From: Seison nebaliae
Lineage: Eukaryota
DNA length: 32,488 nt
NCBI GenBank assembly: GCA_023231475.1
Contig: JALJEE010002376.1
Location: forward strand, 1-32,488
Direction: 5' to 3'
The notes beneath the pieces are model-generated. The model saw only the letters and a list, made by a program, of their open reading frames with translations. It ran no database searches and was not told the origin of the DNA. This document shows, one piece after another, positions 1 through 10,773 of the stretch. Numbering within the stretch: the stretch's first letter is position 1; each line of letters begins with the position of its first letter. The position numbers and the translations under genes were made by a program.

Positions 1-46
1 ATGTCGCCAATTTAAAAAAATTATACATTCTTTTGTAATAGAGAGA

Positions 47-103
47 AATAATAATAATGATAATAAAGGGAATAATAATAATAATAATAAACTAAATAAT
101 AAT
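47..103 (+). repeat. Imperfect (AAT)n microsatellite, possibly the 3' tail of a non-LTR element
   Basis: Runs of aataataat seen directly. Similar AAT tails follow the two LINE remnants nearby. Confidence 0.7.
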
Positions 104-369
104 TTCCTTGATAAATAATTAGTGATGGTGTGTTAATTATGCAGGAAAGGGAGAAATCCCTATTCTCTCTATATACCGAGGAAATAAACAGTAACTTTTC
201 TTTCTTGCTTTTTTAAGGTTACATTCTAGTCATTTTACGTAAAGTTAAACGTAGATTCAACGGAACATTAACTTATTTTGCAACGTTACAGTTTATCAAA
301 TTTTGTATGCTAGGGTTACCATACACATTAATTGGGCTTTACTGGGAGACCAACTTTCCTCCATTTCCT

Positions 370-700
370 TCCAGTTCATAAGCATTCCCATCCTTAAGAA
401 GCCGAATTTAGACTCTTCTTTAGATTCCTATCGTCCCATATGTATCTCTCCATCCGTGATAAAATTGGTTGAGAATCTCATTTTATCTCGTTACCGTAAC
501 ATTTTTTTTTCTTCATCTTACAAATTCGCTTATCGATCATCATGCCAAGCTACACATCCTCTTCTTTTCTTTCTTGCACACGTCTTCTCCAATTAATCAA
601 GAAACTCTAATCGACTTGCATCAGTTGATCAATGTTGGTGACAACCGAAATTTTTTAATATTTTTTCTAATTTTGATAATAAACAATAATAATTAAATAA
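370..700 (+). mobile_element. Non-LTR retrotransposon (LINE) remnant: N-terminal part of the RT domain fused by deletion to the ORF C-terminus
   Basis: IPILKKPNLDSSLDSYRPICISPSVIKLVENLILSR...FAYR matches the IPxxKK..D...YRPIxL...KxxE...R..GFR motif of non-LTR RTs. It then switches frame into PINQETLIDLHQLINVGDNRNFLIFF, followed by AAT repeats. Confidence 0.8.
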
Positions 701-762
701 TTAATTAAACGTATTAATTATTTTTTATGATAATCTATTTTAAAAAATATAAAAATTTGGTG

Positions 763-1065
763 TAATTATTATTATTAAATTTATTGAAATTCCCGACGGG
801 ATAAATTGGAAAAAAAATTTAAAAAATTACGATCATCGCCATCATCGATCATGTGGTGTAATACGGTAAGAGATTCACGATCAATTGGCATGGATGAAAT
901 TGAGTCGTAGGAAAAAATGAAATGTCTGAAATCATGAAGAGAAATGTCACGGGGTAAATCGTAATAACGAATAGTATGGGAGAAGATTGAGTGATTATGA
1001 AACATATTGAGATTTGTGAAAATTGTTAGTGTGAATTGGCATACTTTTTTATGCATACAGTACAA
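763..1065 (-). mobile_element. Second 5'-truncated LINE-like 3' end in inverted orientation
   Basis: The ORF ends ...PIDRESLTVLHHMIDDGDDRNFLNFFSNLSRREFQ*, homologous to the + strand peptide at ~589-668. An (AAT)n tail follows on the minus strand. Confidence 0.6.
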
Positions 1066-1448
1066 ATGAAAACTTTGAAATTTATTTATCTCTACTTATA
1101 TATATCGTACTATAAAATTATAGTATATTTATACTATAAATATGACATTATATAACTATAAATAGTTATTGTATCAATTTTTTAACATAAGTCCTAAATT
1201 TCACAAAATCATTATTAAAAAAATTAGTTCAAAAGTGCCGAGATTTCATAGAAACTTTTCCGGGTGAAATATAAACATTTGTAATATAATTGATTAACAG
1301 TTCTGGAAAAACTTAAGCTTAAGCAAAATGTTTTCCGTTCACTTTTTGTAACTTCCCGAGAAATGTCATAGTGGAATTATTGTAAAATATTTTATTTTCG
1401 TGAAAATAATCAGATAATTAATTTGCTGTTGATTAAAGAAGAGAAAGG

Positions 1449-4400
1449 ATGGCAAGAAAACCAGGTACAATTGTTAGGTTGAAACTGCACAATTTCATGA
1501 CATATGAAGATACAGAAATTTTTCCTCAACCTGGTCTTAATGTAATTATTGGTCCAAACGGTAGTGGGAAAAGTTCGATTTTGGGAGCAATTTGTGTCGT
1601 GTTAGGTGGGAATCATTCAACGATTGTTCGTGGTTCCTCGATAGGTGGATTGATTCGGATGAATTCAACGGGCCGATGTTATATCGAAATCGAACTGTAT
1701 GAGAAGGAAGGTGAAAACATTTGTATTATTCGTGAAATTAGTCGAACGAATCAAACCAGTTGGTTCATTAGTCGAAAGAAGACGACGAAAGAGGAAATTA
1801 TGAAAATTCTCTCGCGATATAATATCGATGTAAATAATTTGTGTCAATTCCTTCCACAGGATAAAGTTTCACATTTTGCAGGATTATCGTCCGTCGAATT
1901 ATTGAAAGAAACTGAAGCGACTATCGACCCATCACTCCATCAGTTGCACCAACAAATTATTGAAGGACATGAATCGTTAGATGATAATTTGAAGAATCAT
2001 CAAAAGAATCAAGATGAATTGAAGAGATTAGATGGTAAAATAAATGAGTTGGAAGAGAAATTGAAGGAAAGTCAATTTCATCGACAAATGAAAGATCAAG
2101 TTTATTTGTTAGAAGGGAAATCATTGATATTATTGAATTCACAATTAATGAATGAGAATGTAAAGAAGAAGAAAGAACTGGATAAGAAGATTCAAGTGAA
2201 AACGATTTTGGAAGATATTATCGTCAATTACGAAGATGATCGAGATAATGTTCTTAAACAAAAATTAGATCAACTTCGAAATAATCGGAAATATGCAAAA
2301 CATTATTTAATGAAATCAACTACCGAATTTAGTACTGCTTGTTCAGATTTGGAGGATATCCGATCAGAAAATAGTACAATCAACAGACGTAATATAATTA
2401 ATTTGAAAATGAAAAATAGATTAAACGTAGAAAAGAACGAATTGCTAATTGAATTGACGAGAGTGAAAGAATTATCAAAGAAGAAGAAAGAGAAGATCGA
2501 TCATTTACAAGTGGAATGTGAACAGAAAAAAGAAGAATTTCAAACAAGATCTAACAAGATCAATTCAGCTCAAACTATTATTAGAAATAAAGAAGAAAAA
2601 TTAACTTCAATGAAATATCAGAAATCGATTGCGAAGACTTCATTGGAATCTAAAGAGAAACAATTATTGGAACGTTTAAAAGCGAATCATTCACATGTCT
2701 TCCAAGCCAGACGATTTATTAAAGATCCTTCTAATCATCATTTGTTCAAAGGACCTATTTATGGTCCCATAATGACGGAAATTGATATTGTGACGGAGAA
2801 AGCGGCAACATATCTGGAAACTCATATTCCCCTTACCGATCTCCTCATGTTCATTACGACGAATATTGATGATTATAATTCTTTAAATCGAAAGATTCGA
2901 GATGAAATGAAATTGGCGATTAATGTGACGTGTGTTGAGAATTATGAAGTGGAGAAATATCAGAAGAATGTGGAGAATGTAAAATGGGCGTTCGGTGATG
3001 AACTTAAATCAATGGGATTCAATTATATTATGAACGAATTAATAAAAACTTCAATTCCGGAAGTTATGGTTTTTTTGTGTGATGTTCACAACATTCACAA
3101 GACACCTATTTCTCTTCAAGAATTACAATTATCAAATGAGACAGAGAATCTAATTAATAAGAATACACCCGTATATTATTGTGGGAGTCAATGTTATCGT
3201 GCTCAAATATCTCGTTATCAAACTAATAAATTAACTCAAGTTTACAATGTGAAATATTCCCGATTTCTTCATTTCCTTCCCACATTGGAACTCAAACAAA
3301 AAGTGAGTGATCGTATTCGAGATATTTCTGAACAACAAGAACTGTTGGAAGTCGAATTGATGAAATTGAAAGAGGATCATCTTACAGCCAATGAACAATT
3401 CCAACAATTCGAAGATGAATTTAAAAAACAACAAGACGAATTGGCATTGTTGAAATCGAATGAAATTCGAGTGAATAAATTGGAACATTCTCATAAACAA
3501 ATTGAAGAACGATTGAAAAACACTGAAATGGATATCAAAGAAGGAGAAAAAGAATTGAAAGAGATTACTTTGAAAACGATCCATAATTTGAAATTGTTAG
3601 AAAAAAGATATGATCGTTTAATGAGAAATCGAATTCATTCGAAAATTTATGAAAGTTTCGCGAAAGTACTCGATCGAATGAATATTGGTGGAACGATCGA
3701 TAATAGCACAGTCATTAAAATTAAACAACATATAATGAAAACAAATAATGAGATTGTTGAATTGAAAAATGTCGTTCGAAATAACGAACGAACATTATTG
3801 ACGAATGGTGAGAGATTAGATGAATTGGACTTTCCACATAACATCAATCGATTGAAGAAGAATTTAAAGAAGAAATATGATGAAATATCTAACGACTATC
3901 AAGAGATTTGTTTAATATTGAAGAATACTTTGATTCAACAACAAGTCACAGGAAATCAGAATGGAAATCTAGAAGAATTACAATCCATTGAAATAATGGA
4001 AAGAGATTTGCTCCAATTCAAAACAGATGAGAAAGAATTGAGAGGAATCTTCGACAAAGGAAAAAGTGAAATTGATGAATTAAATAAAACACATAAAAAT
4101 CGTGTCGATGAATGGAAAAAACGATTGAATAAAATCATCGAAGATATTAATCATCGTTTCAATGAATTATTCTCATTTATTCGATGTACAGGACAAATCA
4201 AATTAGAAATACCAGATAATCCAAACAATTTCAAGATTTATGGAATAAATATTTTAGTGAAATTTCGTGCGAATGAAACAATAACAAAATTGAATAAATT
4301 TACACAAAGTGGCGGTGAGAAAGCCGTATCGACAATGCTCTACATATTATCGTTACAACAATTCTCCGAATCACCAATTCGATGTGTCGATGAAATTAAT

Positions 4401-4622
4401 CAAGGAATGGATTCGGAGAATGAGAAAGATGTATACAATCTCATTGTTGATATTTGTGAGAAGAAGAAAGACACACAATACTTTTTGTTTACGCCCAAAT
4501 TACTCACTAATCTTAATTTCCATTTATCGACAAATTTCATTGTTGTCTTATCGGGAAGACACAATTTACCTCATAAAGTTTGGAAGAAGATTTATGAAAA
4601 TTATCAATTGGAAAAATATTAG
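1449..4622 (+). CDS. SMC5: Structural maintenance of chromosomes protein 5 (1057 aa, intronless)
   Basis: N-terminal head (LHNFMTY, Walker A GPNGSGKSS, NLCQFLPQDKV), long coiled coils with a hinge (GPIYGPI), signature QSGGEK and SMC5-type Walker B VDEINQGMD. Confidence 0.95.
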   Translation: MARKPGTIVRLKLHNFMTYEDTEIFPQPGLNVIIGPNGSGKSSILGAICVVLGGNHSTIVRGSSIGGLIRMNSTGRCYIEIELYEKEGENICIIREISRTNQTSWFISRKKTTKEEIMKILSRYNIDVNNLCQFLPQDKVSHFAGLSSVELLKETEATIDPSLHQLHQQIIEGHESLDDNLKNHQKNQDELKRLDGKINELEEKLKESQFHRQMKDQVYLLEGKSLILLNSQLMNENVKKKKELDKKIQVKTILEDIIVNYEDDRDNVLKQKLDQLRNNRKYAKHYLMKSTTEFSTACSDLEDIRSENSTINRRNIINLKMKNRLNVEKNELLIELTRVKELSKKKKEKIDHLQVECEQKKEEFQTRSNKINSAQTIIRNKEEKLTSMKYQKSIAKTSLESKEKQLLERLKANHSHVFQARRFIKDPSNHHLFKGPIYGPIMTEIDIVTEKAATYLETHIPLTDLLMFITTNIDDYNSLNRKIRDEMKLAINVTCVENYEVEKYQKNVENVKWAFGDELKSMGFNYIMNELIKTSIPEVMVFLCDVHNIHKTPISLQELQLSNETENLINKNTPVYYCGSQCYRAQISRYQTNKLTQVYNVKYSRFLHFLPTLELKQKVSDRIRDISEQQELLEVELMKLKEDHLTANEQFQQFEDEFKKQQDELALLKSNEIRVNKLEHSHKQIEERLKNTEMDIKEGEKELKEITLKTIHNLKLLEKRYDRLMRNRIHSKIYESFAKVLDRMNIGGTIDNSTVIKIKQHIMKTNNEIVELKNVVRNNERTLLTNGERLDELDFPHNINRLKKNLKKKYDEISNDYQEICLILKNTLIQQQVTGNQNGNLEELQSIEIMERDLLQFKTDEKELRGIFDKGKSEIDELNKTHKNRVDEWKKRLNKIIEDINHRFNELFSFIRCTGQIKLEIPDNPNNFKIYGINILVKFRANETITKLNKFTQSGGEKAVSTMLYILSLQQFSESPIRCVDEINQGMDSENEKDVYNLIVDICEKKKDTQYFLFTPKLLTNLNFHLSTNFIVVLSGRHNLPHKVWKKIYENYQLEKY

Positions 4623-4884
4623 ATAAGCAACCAAATAATTCGAAGCATTTCAATTAAAAATTCATCTTTCTCATGAGAAAAAAACAATTTTTCTTTTTTT
4701 TTTAATTTTACAATTTTTTATAGAAACTTTTAAAAATTTTTTTTATACAAATTTTTAAAATTTTCAAAATAAAATTCAAAATTCATAAAAAAATTTGTTT
4801 CATTACAACATTAACTTTACTTATAAGTAAGATTTAAATTTTTAGCAGAAATAATTCAAATTCATTTTTATAAAAAAATTTGGA

Positions 4885-5634
4885 ATGAATTCCGTTCGAA
4901 ATATCAGGAGTTTGAAGAGAATTAATGGACTTTTTCAGTTGAATTGTTATCGATATTTGAAAACGGTTGAAAAGAAATATCCAGAATTAGATGATGTACG
5001 ATTATTTAAAGGAACTTATACATTCCAACGACGACGAGATACATTACTGACAAAGAAAGGAACAGATCCGAGAGCTCGTCAATTAAAACGTGGTCACTTC
5101 TTATATGATATAGTTGAACATCGTATGGGTGAAAAGGCGCCAATAGTGGAAGTTCTATTAACGGATTATGTAGAAGGTGTTGGACATAAAGGACAAATTG
5201 TTCAAGTGACAAATGATATAGCTATCAGTGACTTAATTCCATCGAAAGTTGCTGTCTATCCCACTGAAGAACAATTGAAATTATATGAGAAAGATACAGA
5301 AATATCGAAATTGAAACCGAAAATTTCTCGATTGTCCCTCGTGACTTTACATCGATTAGAATCGGACTTAATTACAATTCCCATCAATTTATCGAACATC
5401 AAAAATTTTGATGAATGGAAATTGGATAAACAAGTTCTATCGACCACTTTCCGTTATTGTGGAGTTATGTTGAACGAGAAGAATATCGTTGAAATTAAAG
5501 AGGAAATTACAAAGAAGAATATCGAGAATTATATCGAAGAAAAAAGAATTATAGAAATTCCAATTCAAATCAATTCATTGACGTCAGTAACTGCTCGGTG
5601 TCAATTCATCGATATCAGTTCGAAAGATGATTAA
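4885..5634 (+). CDS. MRPL9: Mitochondrial large ribosomal subunit protein bL9m
   Basis: VEVLLTDYVEGVGHKGQIVQV...LIPSKVAVYPTEE is the ribosomal L9 N-terminal domain. The basic N-terminus resembles a targeting peptide. Confidence 0.85.
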   Translation: MNSVRNIRSLKRINGLFQLNCYRYLKTVEKKYPELDDVRLFKGTYTFQRRRDTLLTKKGTDPRARQLKRGHFLYDIVEHRMGEKAPIVEVLLTDYVEGVGHKGQIVQVTNDIAISDLIPSKVAVYPTEEQLKLYEKDTEISKLKPKISRLSLVTLHRLESDLITIPINLSNIKNFDEWKLDKQVLSTTFRYCGVMLNEKNIVEIKEEITKKNIENYIEEKRIIEIPIQINSLTSVTARCQFIDISSKDD

Positions 5635-5703
5635 AATTATTTTATTTTTATTTTCTAATTTTATTAAAGAAATTCTATTTTGAGTTTGTAAAAAAACTGA
5701 TGG

Positions 5704-7378
5704 TTATTCTTCCTCCTCGTTGATTGTTATTGTTAAACTACTTCGTTTTCTCCACCAGATATAAATGGTAGATATTCCAGCAATGAAATATCCGATTGCA
5801 CATACTGAAAAAGAAATGAAATATGAATTATAATTATCATTAAGTAATCCTAAAAACATAAGAAAATTTCAATTAGGAAAGAATATGAAAAAATAAACCG
5901 ATTAATGGTGTCACTATTAGAATTAGAATTCCTTGACTCAATTGCATGAGACCAAATGCTCGATTAATATCATCAATTGGAACTAATTGTTCCAATATCG
6001 AATTCATTAAGTTCAAGTTGGCAGATGTAAAAAATCCAAATATTAAAATTGATGCGAATATGGCAATAGTTAACGACAAATTATGATTTTCATAATTTTT
6101 CCTTAAAATGACGGTAAAGATGACGATACTAAGACCACTTACAATGGCACAAATTCCATGAATAAATAATTCACAAGAATCGAGTAGTTTTTTTGAACGG
6201 ATAAAATCGACAATCCATCCCAATAGAAGTAATCCTACGATACCAGGCACACCACTACAAGCAATAACCCAAGCTGAAGTGTTTGTTGGCATAACATTTG
6301 AAATGATTAATGCGTCTGATAGGAAAGCATAAATTGGAGTGCCGAAAGCACTAAAGAAACAGAAGGACAAATTTAATAAATTCACTTCGATTGTTGAGAA
6401 TATTCGTTTGATAGATTGGAAATATTGATGTAGCATCACTTTCAATTTTCTTTGATTTGTTAATTTATTTTGTTGATTATGTTCCTGTTCTAATGCCCAC
6501 CTGGAAGCGTAACGACTATTCATAAATGCATGTTCTATTGATGATAAGGATGGAAATATTTCTTTATTATTTGGCAGTCCTTCACAAGTTTTCGATCTCG
6601 GTCGATGATCGAGTAAAATTACAATCGATTCTTTCTTATGCGTAGCATGAAATGTCAAACTTCGATCACGTTCAATTGGACGAATTGTTTTTACAACTTT
6701 CTTCCCATTCTTATTGATCGATTTCTCCGCAATATAAATAAAGAAGACGCTACAAATGACTGGTAATGTGAAGAGGGAGATATAGAAGGAACTGACGGCG
6801 ATTCCAAAATATGTCAACCAATAATTGAGTACAGGTGTTAATAACATTGTACCCATACCTCCGGAACTAACAGAAAAACCAGTGGCTGTTGCTAAACGTT
6901 TGAGAGGAACATGTCTCGCTATTATCAAGTATCCTGTGAGATATAAGAGAGCCAACCCAAAACTAGTGAGTGTGCCAACGGCGAATATCGTTAATATCAA
7001 AGATGATTTCCAATTATATAACAACGACACAATAATGAACGATAAGATTAATGATATGGCACCGATAGTTGATGTGACGGAATAACCGACACGATCTAAC
7101 ATTTCCGTGGCTATTGGTGAGAAGAATAATGGCATTCCATGTAAAACAGTAATTGTCATACTCGATAATGCTGTCGATGCGCCATTAGTGTTAGATATGG
7201 TAATATTATCGATACTATCTAAAACATTATTTGTAACGTTCATTTTCAAATTATTATCGCCATGATGGAAAGCGTTAAAGAATTGTCCGAACGAATAAGA
7301 GATACCATCACAAATGAAATAAATAATAAATGAAGAGAGAACTACGAAAATTTCCTTAAAATTTATTTTTATTTTCAT
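5704..7378 (-). CDS. Monocarboxylate transporter (SLC16-like) MFS protein, ~541 aa; exons 7378-5899 and 5849-5704; possible extra 5' exon
   Basis: Multiple TM helices, ICDGISYSFG, KRLATATGFSVSSGGMG and a central loop. Removing intron 5850-5898 restores the last TM (PLIG|LLNDNYNSYFISFSVCAIGYFIAG...EEEE*). Confidence 0.85.
5850..5898 (-). other. 49-nt spliceosomal intron, GTTTAT...TTTAG
   Basis: Phase-1 removal restores the MCT C-terminal TM helix. Confidence 0.85.
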
Positions 7379-7653
7379 CTTCTATGAAAAAGGAATCTTT
7401 TAATTTAATCAAAAAAAAGAAAAACATTTAATGAACCATCTGTAAAAATGATGACAGATCTCAAGTGAGGAGATGGAATGAGCTTGTTATGAGATAAACA
7501 AGGACAATTCATTTTCTGTATAAACTATGTCAATAAAATATTATGTTCAAGAATTAGTTCTGTATATATAAACAAGTCATGATGTATGTTGGGATTGTTA
7601 AGTTTACACACGTCTCAATTATCCTCAGATGTTATAATAACTTTACATCGTCT

Positions 7654-8548
7654 TCATGAACGAGCTGCCATAACGCGTGATGTTCGAATATCAGCTGGTG
7701 TGATAGTGGCAAAATCCAAATTTTTCAAATTAGGTAAAATTGAAATAATTTTCGATTTATAAGATAATATCGGTTTCATTTTATTCATTGCACAAGCTGT
7801 TACTGGCAATTTTTGAGCCTTCTTCGGAGGTTTCCCTCCATATGTTGCCCAATTGATTTCAATGGGATTCCCATGTAATGTGAAGGAGAAGAGATTTTTT
7901 AACGATTGTAATTCATGAAGATTATCAATCGAATTTATTAGATTTGCATGAAGATATAGAACTTTCAAATTCTCCAATAACATCAATTCTTTTGTTGGAA
8001 TTTCGGTGAATTCGTTAAAACTCAAATTGATCGATTGCAACGACTGTCTCCAATTGAAGATAAATCGATTGAGTTGAAATTCAAATGGATGCAAAGAACT
8101 ACATGTAAGTGTTGTTAATAAGTTATGTTCCAATTGTAGGGAATTCGTGACATATAATTTGATCATTTTCTTTTTCACTTTTTCCACAACTTCTTTCGGT
8201 TCGAATTTGGTAGCTGCAGGAAATCGTTCCATCATCAAAATAAATTTTCTATCTGTTCTCATTAAAGGTACTTGTTGACGATCTTCAAGATCAGAATCCA
8301 TTAATGTACCGTCGGTTTGTTCATTCTTAACTTCCACATCAGGATCTTCGATCTCCACCACTTTCGGTAATATTCCTTTCTTATGTTTTCCAATTACAAC
8401 TGCTCTTGCTTCAAGATCAAGAAATTCTAAAAAGAAATTCATAAAGCTCAAAATGAACGAGAAAGAGATAATAAATACCTGGGAATGATTCGATCTGTTT
8501 GAATGAGAAATCTAATGGAACCATCAGTTCGACTTTATGCGACATCAT
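7654..8548 (-). CDS. LRRC51: Leucine-rich repeat protein LRRC51-like, ~280 aa; exons 8548-8479 and 8426-7654
   Basis: Exon 1 MMSHKVELMVPLDFSFKQIESFP|EFLDLEAR matches the PLDYSF..EPR N-terminus. LRRs INLSFNEF, LKVLYLHANLI and FTLHGNPIE are followed by the LRR cap YKSKIISILPNLKNLDFATIT. Confidence 0.75.
8427..8478 (-). other. 52-nt intron, CAG|GTATTT...TTTAG (the only GTA donor found)
   Basis: Phase-1 removal joins the PLDFSF exon to the main ORF in frame. Confidence 0.85.
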
Positions 8549-8721
8549 CTTTTATAGTTTTTCTCTTAGAAAGTTCTGTTGGAAATTTTAATAAAAAATC
8601 TGTTTGAGTTTAATAAATAGACATAAGGGAAATGAAGAATATGATGAAATGTTTTATAAAAATTCTTTTCACTAAAAAATTTTGATTTTTTTTCGTTTCT
8701 TTATAAAATTTTTTGGTTCGT

Positions 8722-9702
8722 TTACGAATTTGGTGTCTCTTCTCTCGATTTGACACATTGTCTAATCAGTTCATCCAATAACAGTTGACTGACTTGGTCT
8801 GTCTGTAGTTCTTCGGTGGCTTTCTCACCAAGCCAATTCATAAATCCAGTTTCCAAATCCCGTTGTACAGGATCGTAAAAGAAACCATTATCACGAAGAT
8901 TGGCGAAGCATGATGGAACAAGATCTTGTAAATATGATCGAGTGAAAGCGCTGGCTGCAATTTTCCTTGCTGCATTCGATTCCTCCAAAGCTTCGTCTCG
9001 TGTCTGTGACAATCGACGTTCTCTTTCTGCTAATCGTCGTTGTTCTTGTTCTTCTAATCGTTGTTTCTCCACCATTTCTGCATTTCTCAATTCTTCAAAT
9101 TCTCGTTGTTGTTGTCGAAGTGCAGCTAATTCTTCTTCTTCGCTTGCTTCTAATAATGCTTGTTCTATCGTCTTTCCAACCAGAACAGACAATAATGGTG
9201 TTACTTCTAAATCAAAGTCGAATAATTCTCCAGCATAAATTTGAGTTTCAACATCAATTCCTGATTTAGCTGGAATGAATAATGGAGTCGGTGGTCTTTC
9301 AAGAAATGCATCTGTTTGACAACCAGCATCTGCTTCTTCAACTCTATCTGTCAATTCTTCTAAATATAGTTCAGTTTGTAAATTGACATCTTGACGACCA
9401 GCTACAGTAACTGCACCTCTCATAACACCTGAATTTTTCCCCGGTGCCGTTGCCATTTTTTTGCCGCGAGAATTTTTCTGATTTAAATTCCGAATTGCAT
9501 TCGGTAGTGAAGTACCTGGCGTCTGAGCTGTATGTAAAGCATAAGTATTTCCTCGGAGAACACGAGGATCAAACATGAGATTTCCATATTTCATTTTATC
9601 ATTCTGTTCCTCATTCTCACATCGATATTTCAATGAGCGTTGTTCTACCGTTTTACCAAAACCCTCACGTTTGTTACCATAGCTGTCCTTACCTGTATTC
9701 AT
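8722..9702 (-). CDS. RSPH3: Radial spoke head protein 3 (intronless)
   Basis: YGNLMFDPRVLRGNTYA, QTELYLEEL, QTDAFLERPPTPLFIPAKSGIDVETQI, LFDFDLEVTPLLSVLVGKTIEQALLE are RSP3 hallmarks. Confidence 0.95.
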   Translation of the reverse strand: MNTGKDSYGNKREGFGKTVEQRSLKYRCENEEQNDKMKYGNLMFDPRVLRGNTYALHTAQTPGTSLPNAIRNLNQKNSRGKKMATAPGKNSGVMRGAVTVAGRQDVNLQTELYLEELTDRVEEADAGCQTDAFLERPPTPLFIPAKSGIDVETQIYAGELFDFDLEVTPLLSVLVGKTIEQALLEASEEEELAALRQQQREFEELRNAEMVEKQRLEEQEQRRLAERERRLSQTRDEALEESNAARKIAASAFTRSYLQDLVPSCFANLRDNGFFYDPVQRDLETGFMNWLGEKATEELQTDQVSQLLLDELIRQCVKSREETPNS

Positions 9703-9806
9703 TATTTGGAAATGATTATGAAATATTTAATAAAAATCAAATGAATTTATTTATTAGTTCTACTTAAAATTAGTTCAATTGTTAGTCATTCAACAAATAC
9801 TAAATA

Positions 9807-9820
9807 GTTGCCATAGCAAC
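9807..9820. promoter_or_regulatory. RFX X-box GTTGCCATAGCAAC upstream of RSPH3
   Basis: Near-perfect X-box consensus, ~105 bp upstream of the start codon of a ciliary gene. Confidence 0.85.
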
Positions 9821-10736
9821 TATATATGCCGAACATTTAACTAGTGAATTTTTCAAAAATTTTCTCAAAAATTAATTTACGTTTCTTTCATGCTTTTATT
9901 GTAATATTTACAATTTTTTTAATGCATGACGTATGATTTCATTAAGTTCGTTAAGTTTTCATTCTTCTCTTCAAAATTAAATCTTGTTTAATAATTGAAT
10001 TAGATATTTTTTTTTTAATTTTATGAATAAGTTAATTTTGTTCAATTGTCGTTATTCATTTACAGTCTACATTTTAGATAATTACATTCATAATTCCTTC
10101 TCATGTCGCTGATATATTATCAAATAAATTTTTTTCTTTTCGGTAAATGACCGGAAGGAAAAAGATAAATGATTCATAAATTGTTCAACTAACCAACACT
10201 AAGTACTCGTACATTATGTAGAAATGAAGGATTAGTGGTATTAAGACATTAATCTATTAGATTGAAAGAGAGAGTTTATGTCACATCAAATGTCCTGTTG
10301 ATATGTAAACTTGAATGATGAGAATGTGAAGAGAAAGTACGGTCGGATAGTGAAAAGAAAAAAGATGAGAAATAACTTCAAACAATACTTCATCTTTCAT
10401 TTATAATGAAATAATTAATTTGTTCGTTCCAACAGTTCATGTCAACAGACGTATAAGTGTAGAGTTAAAGGAATGGCTGCTATAGTGTTGTCAATAAGAA
10501 ACTCTCTTTTCCCTTAGTTACAGTTACAGTTATAGCTCATCTCCATCTACAGAGTGAAATGGTTGATGTACATTTGATATTTGTAGAAATAATTCGATGG
10601 AGATCATTCCACTTTTCTCCAACAACGTCTTTCATTCAGCCAATTTCCCCATCATTCACTCCTTCCACCATTTCATCTATTTATTCATTCATGAACGAAC
10701 ATTTCGTACGAAATCCTAATATAAAAAAACATTTTG

Positions 10737-10773
10737 GGTGTATCTATGTGTGTTTGTGTGTGTATGTATGTGT
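10737..10773 (+). repeat. Imperfect (TG)n microsatellite
   Basis: gtgtatctatgtgtgtttgtgtgtgtatgtatgtgt. Confidence 0.6.

Noticed and set aside
1449..4622. SMC ATPase as part of a prokaryotic defence system (Wadjet/Lamassu)
   Set aside because: The motifs are SMC5-specific, and the neighbours are intron-containing eukaryotic genes.
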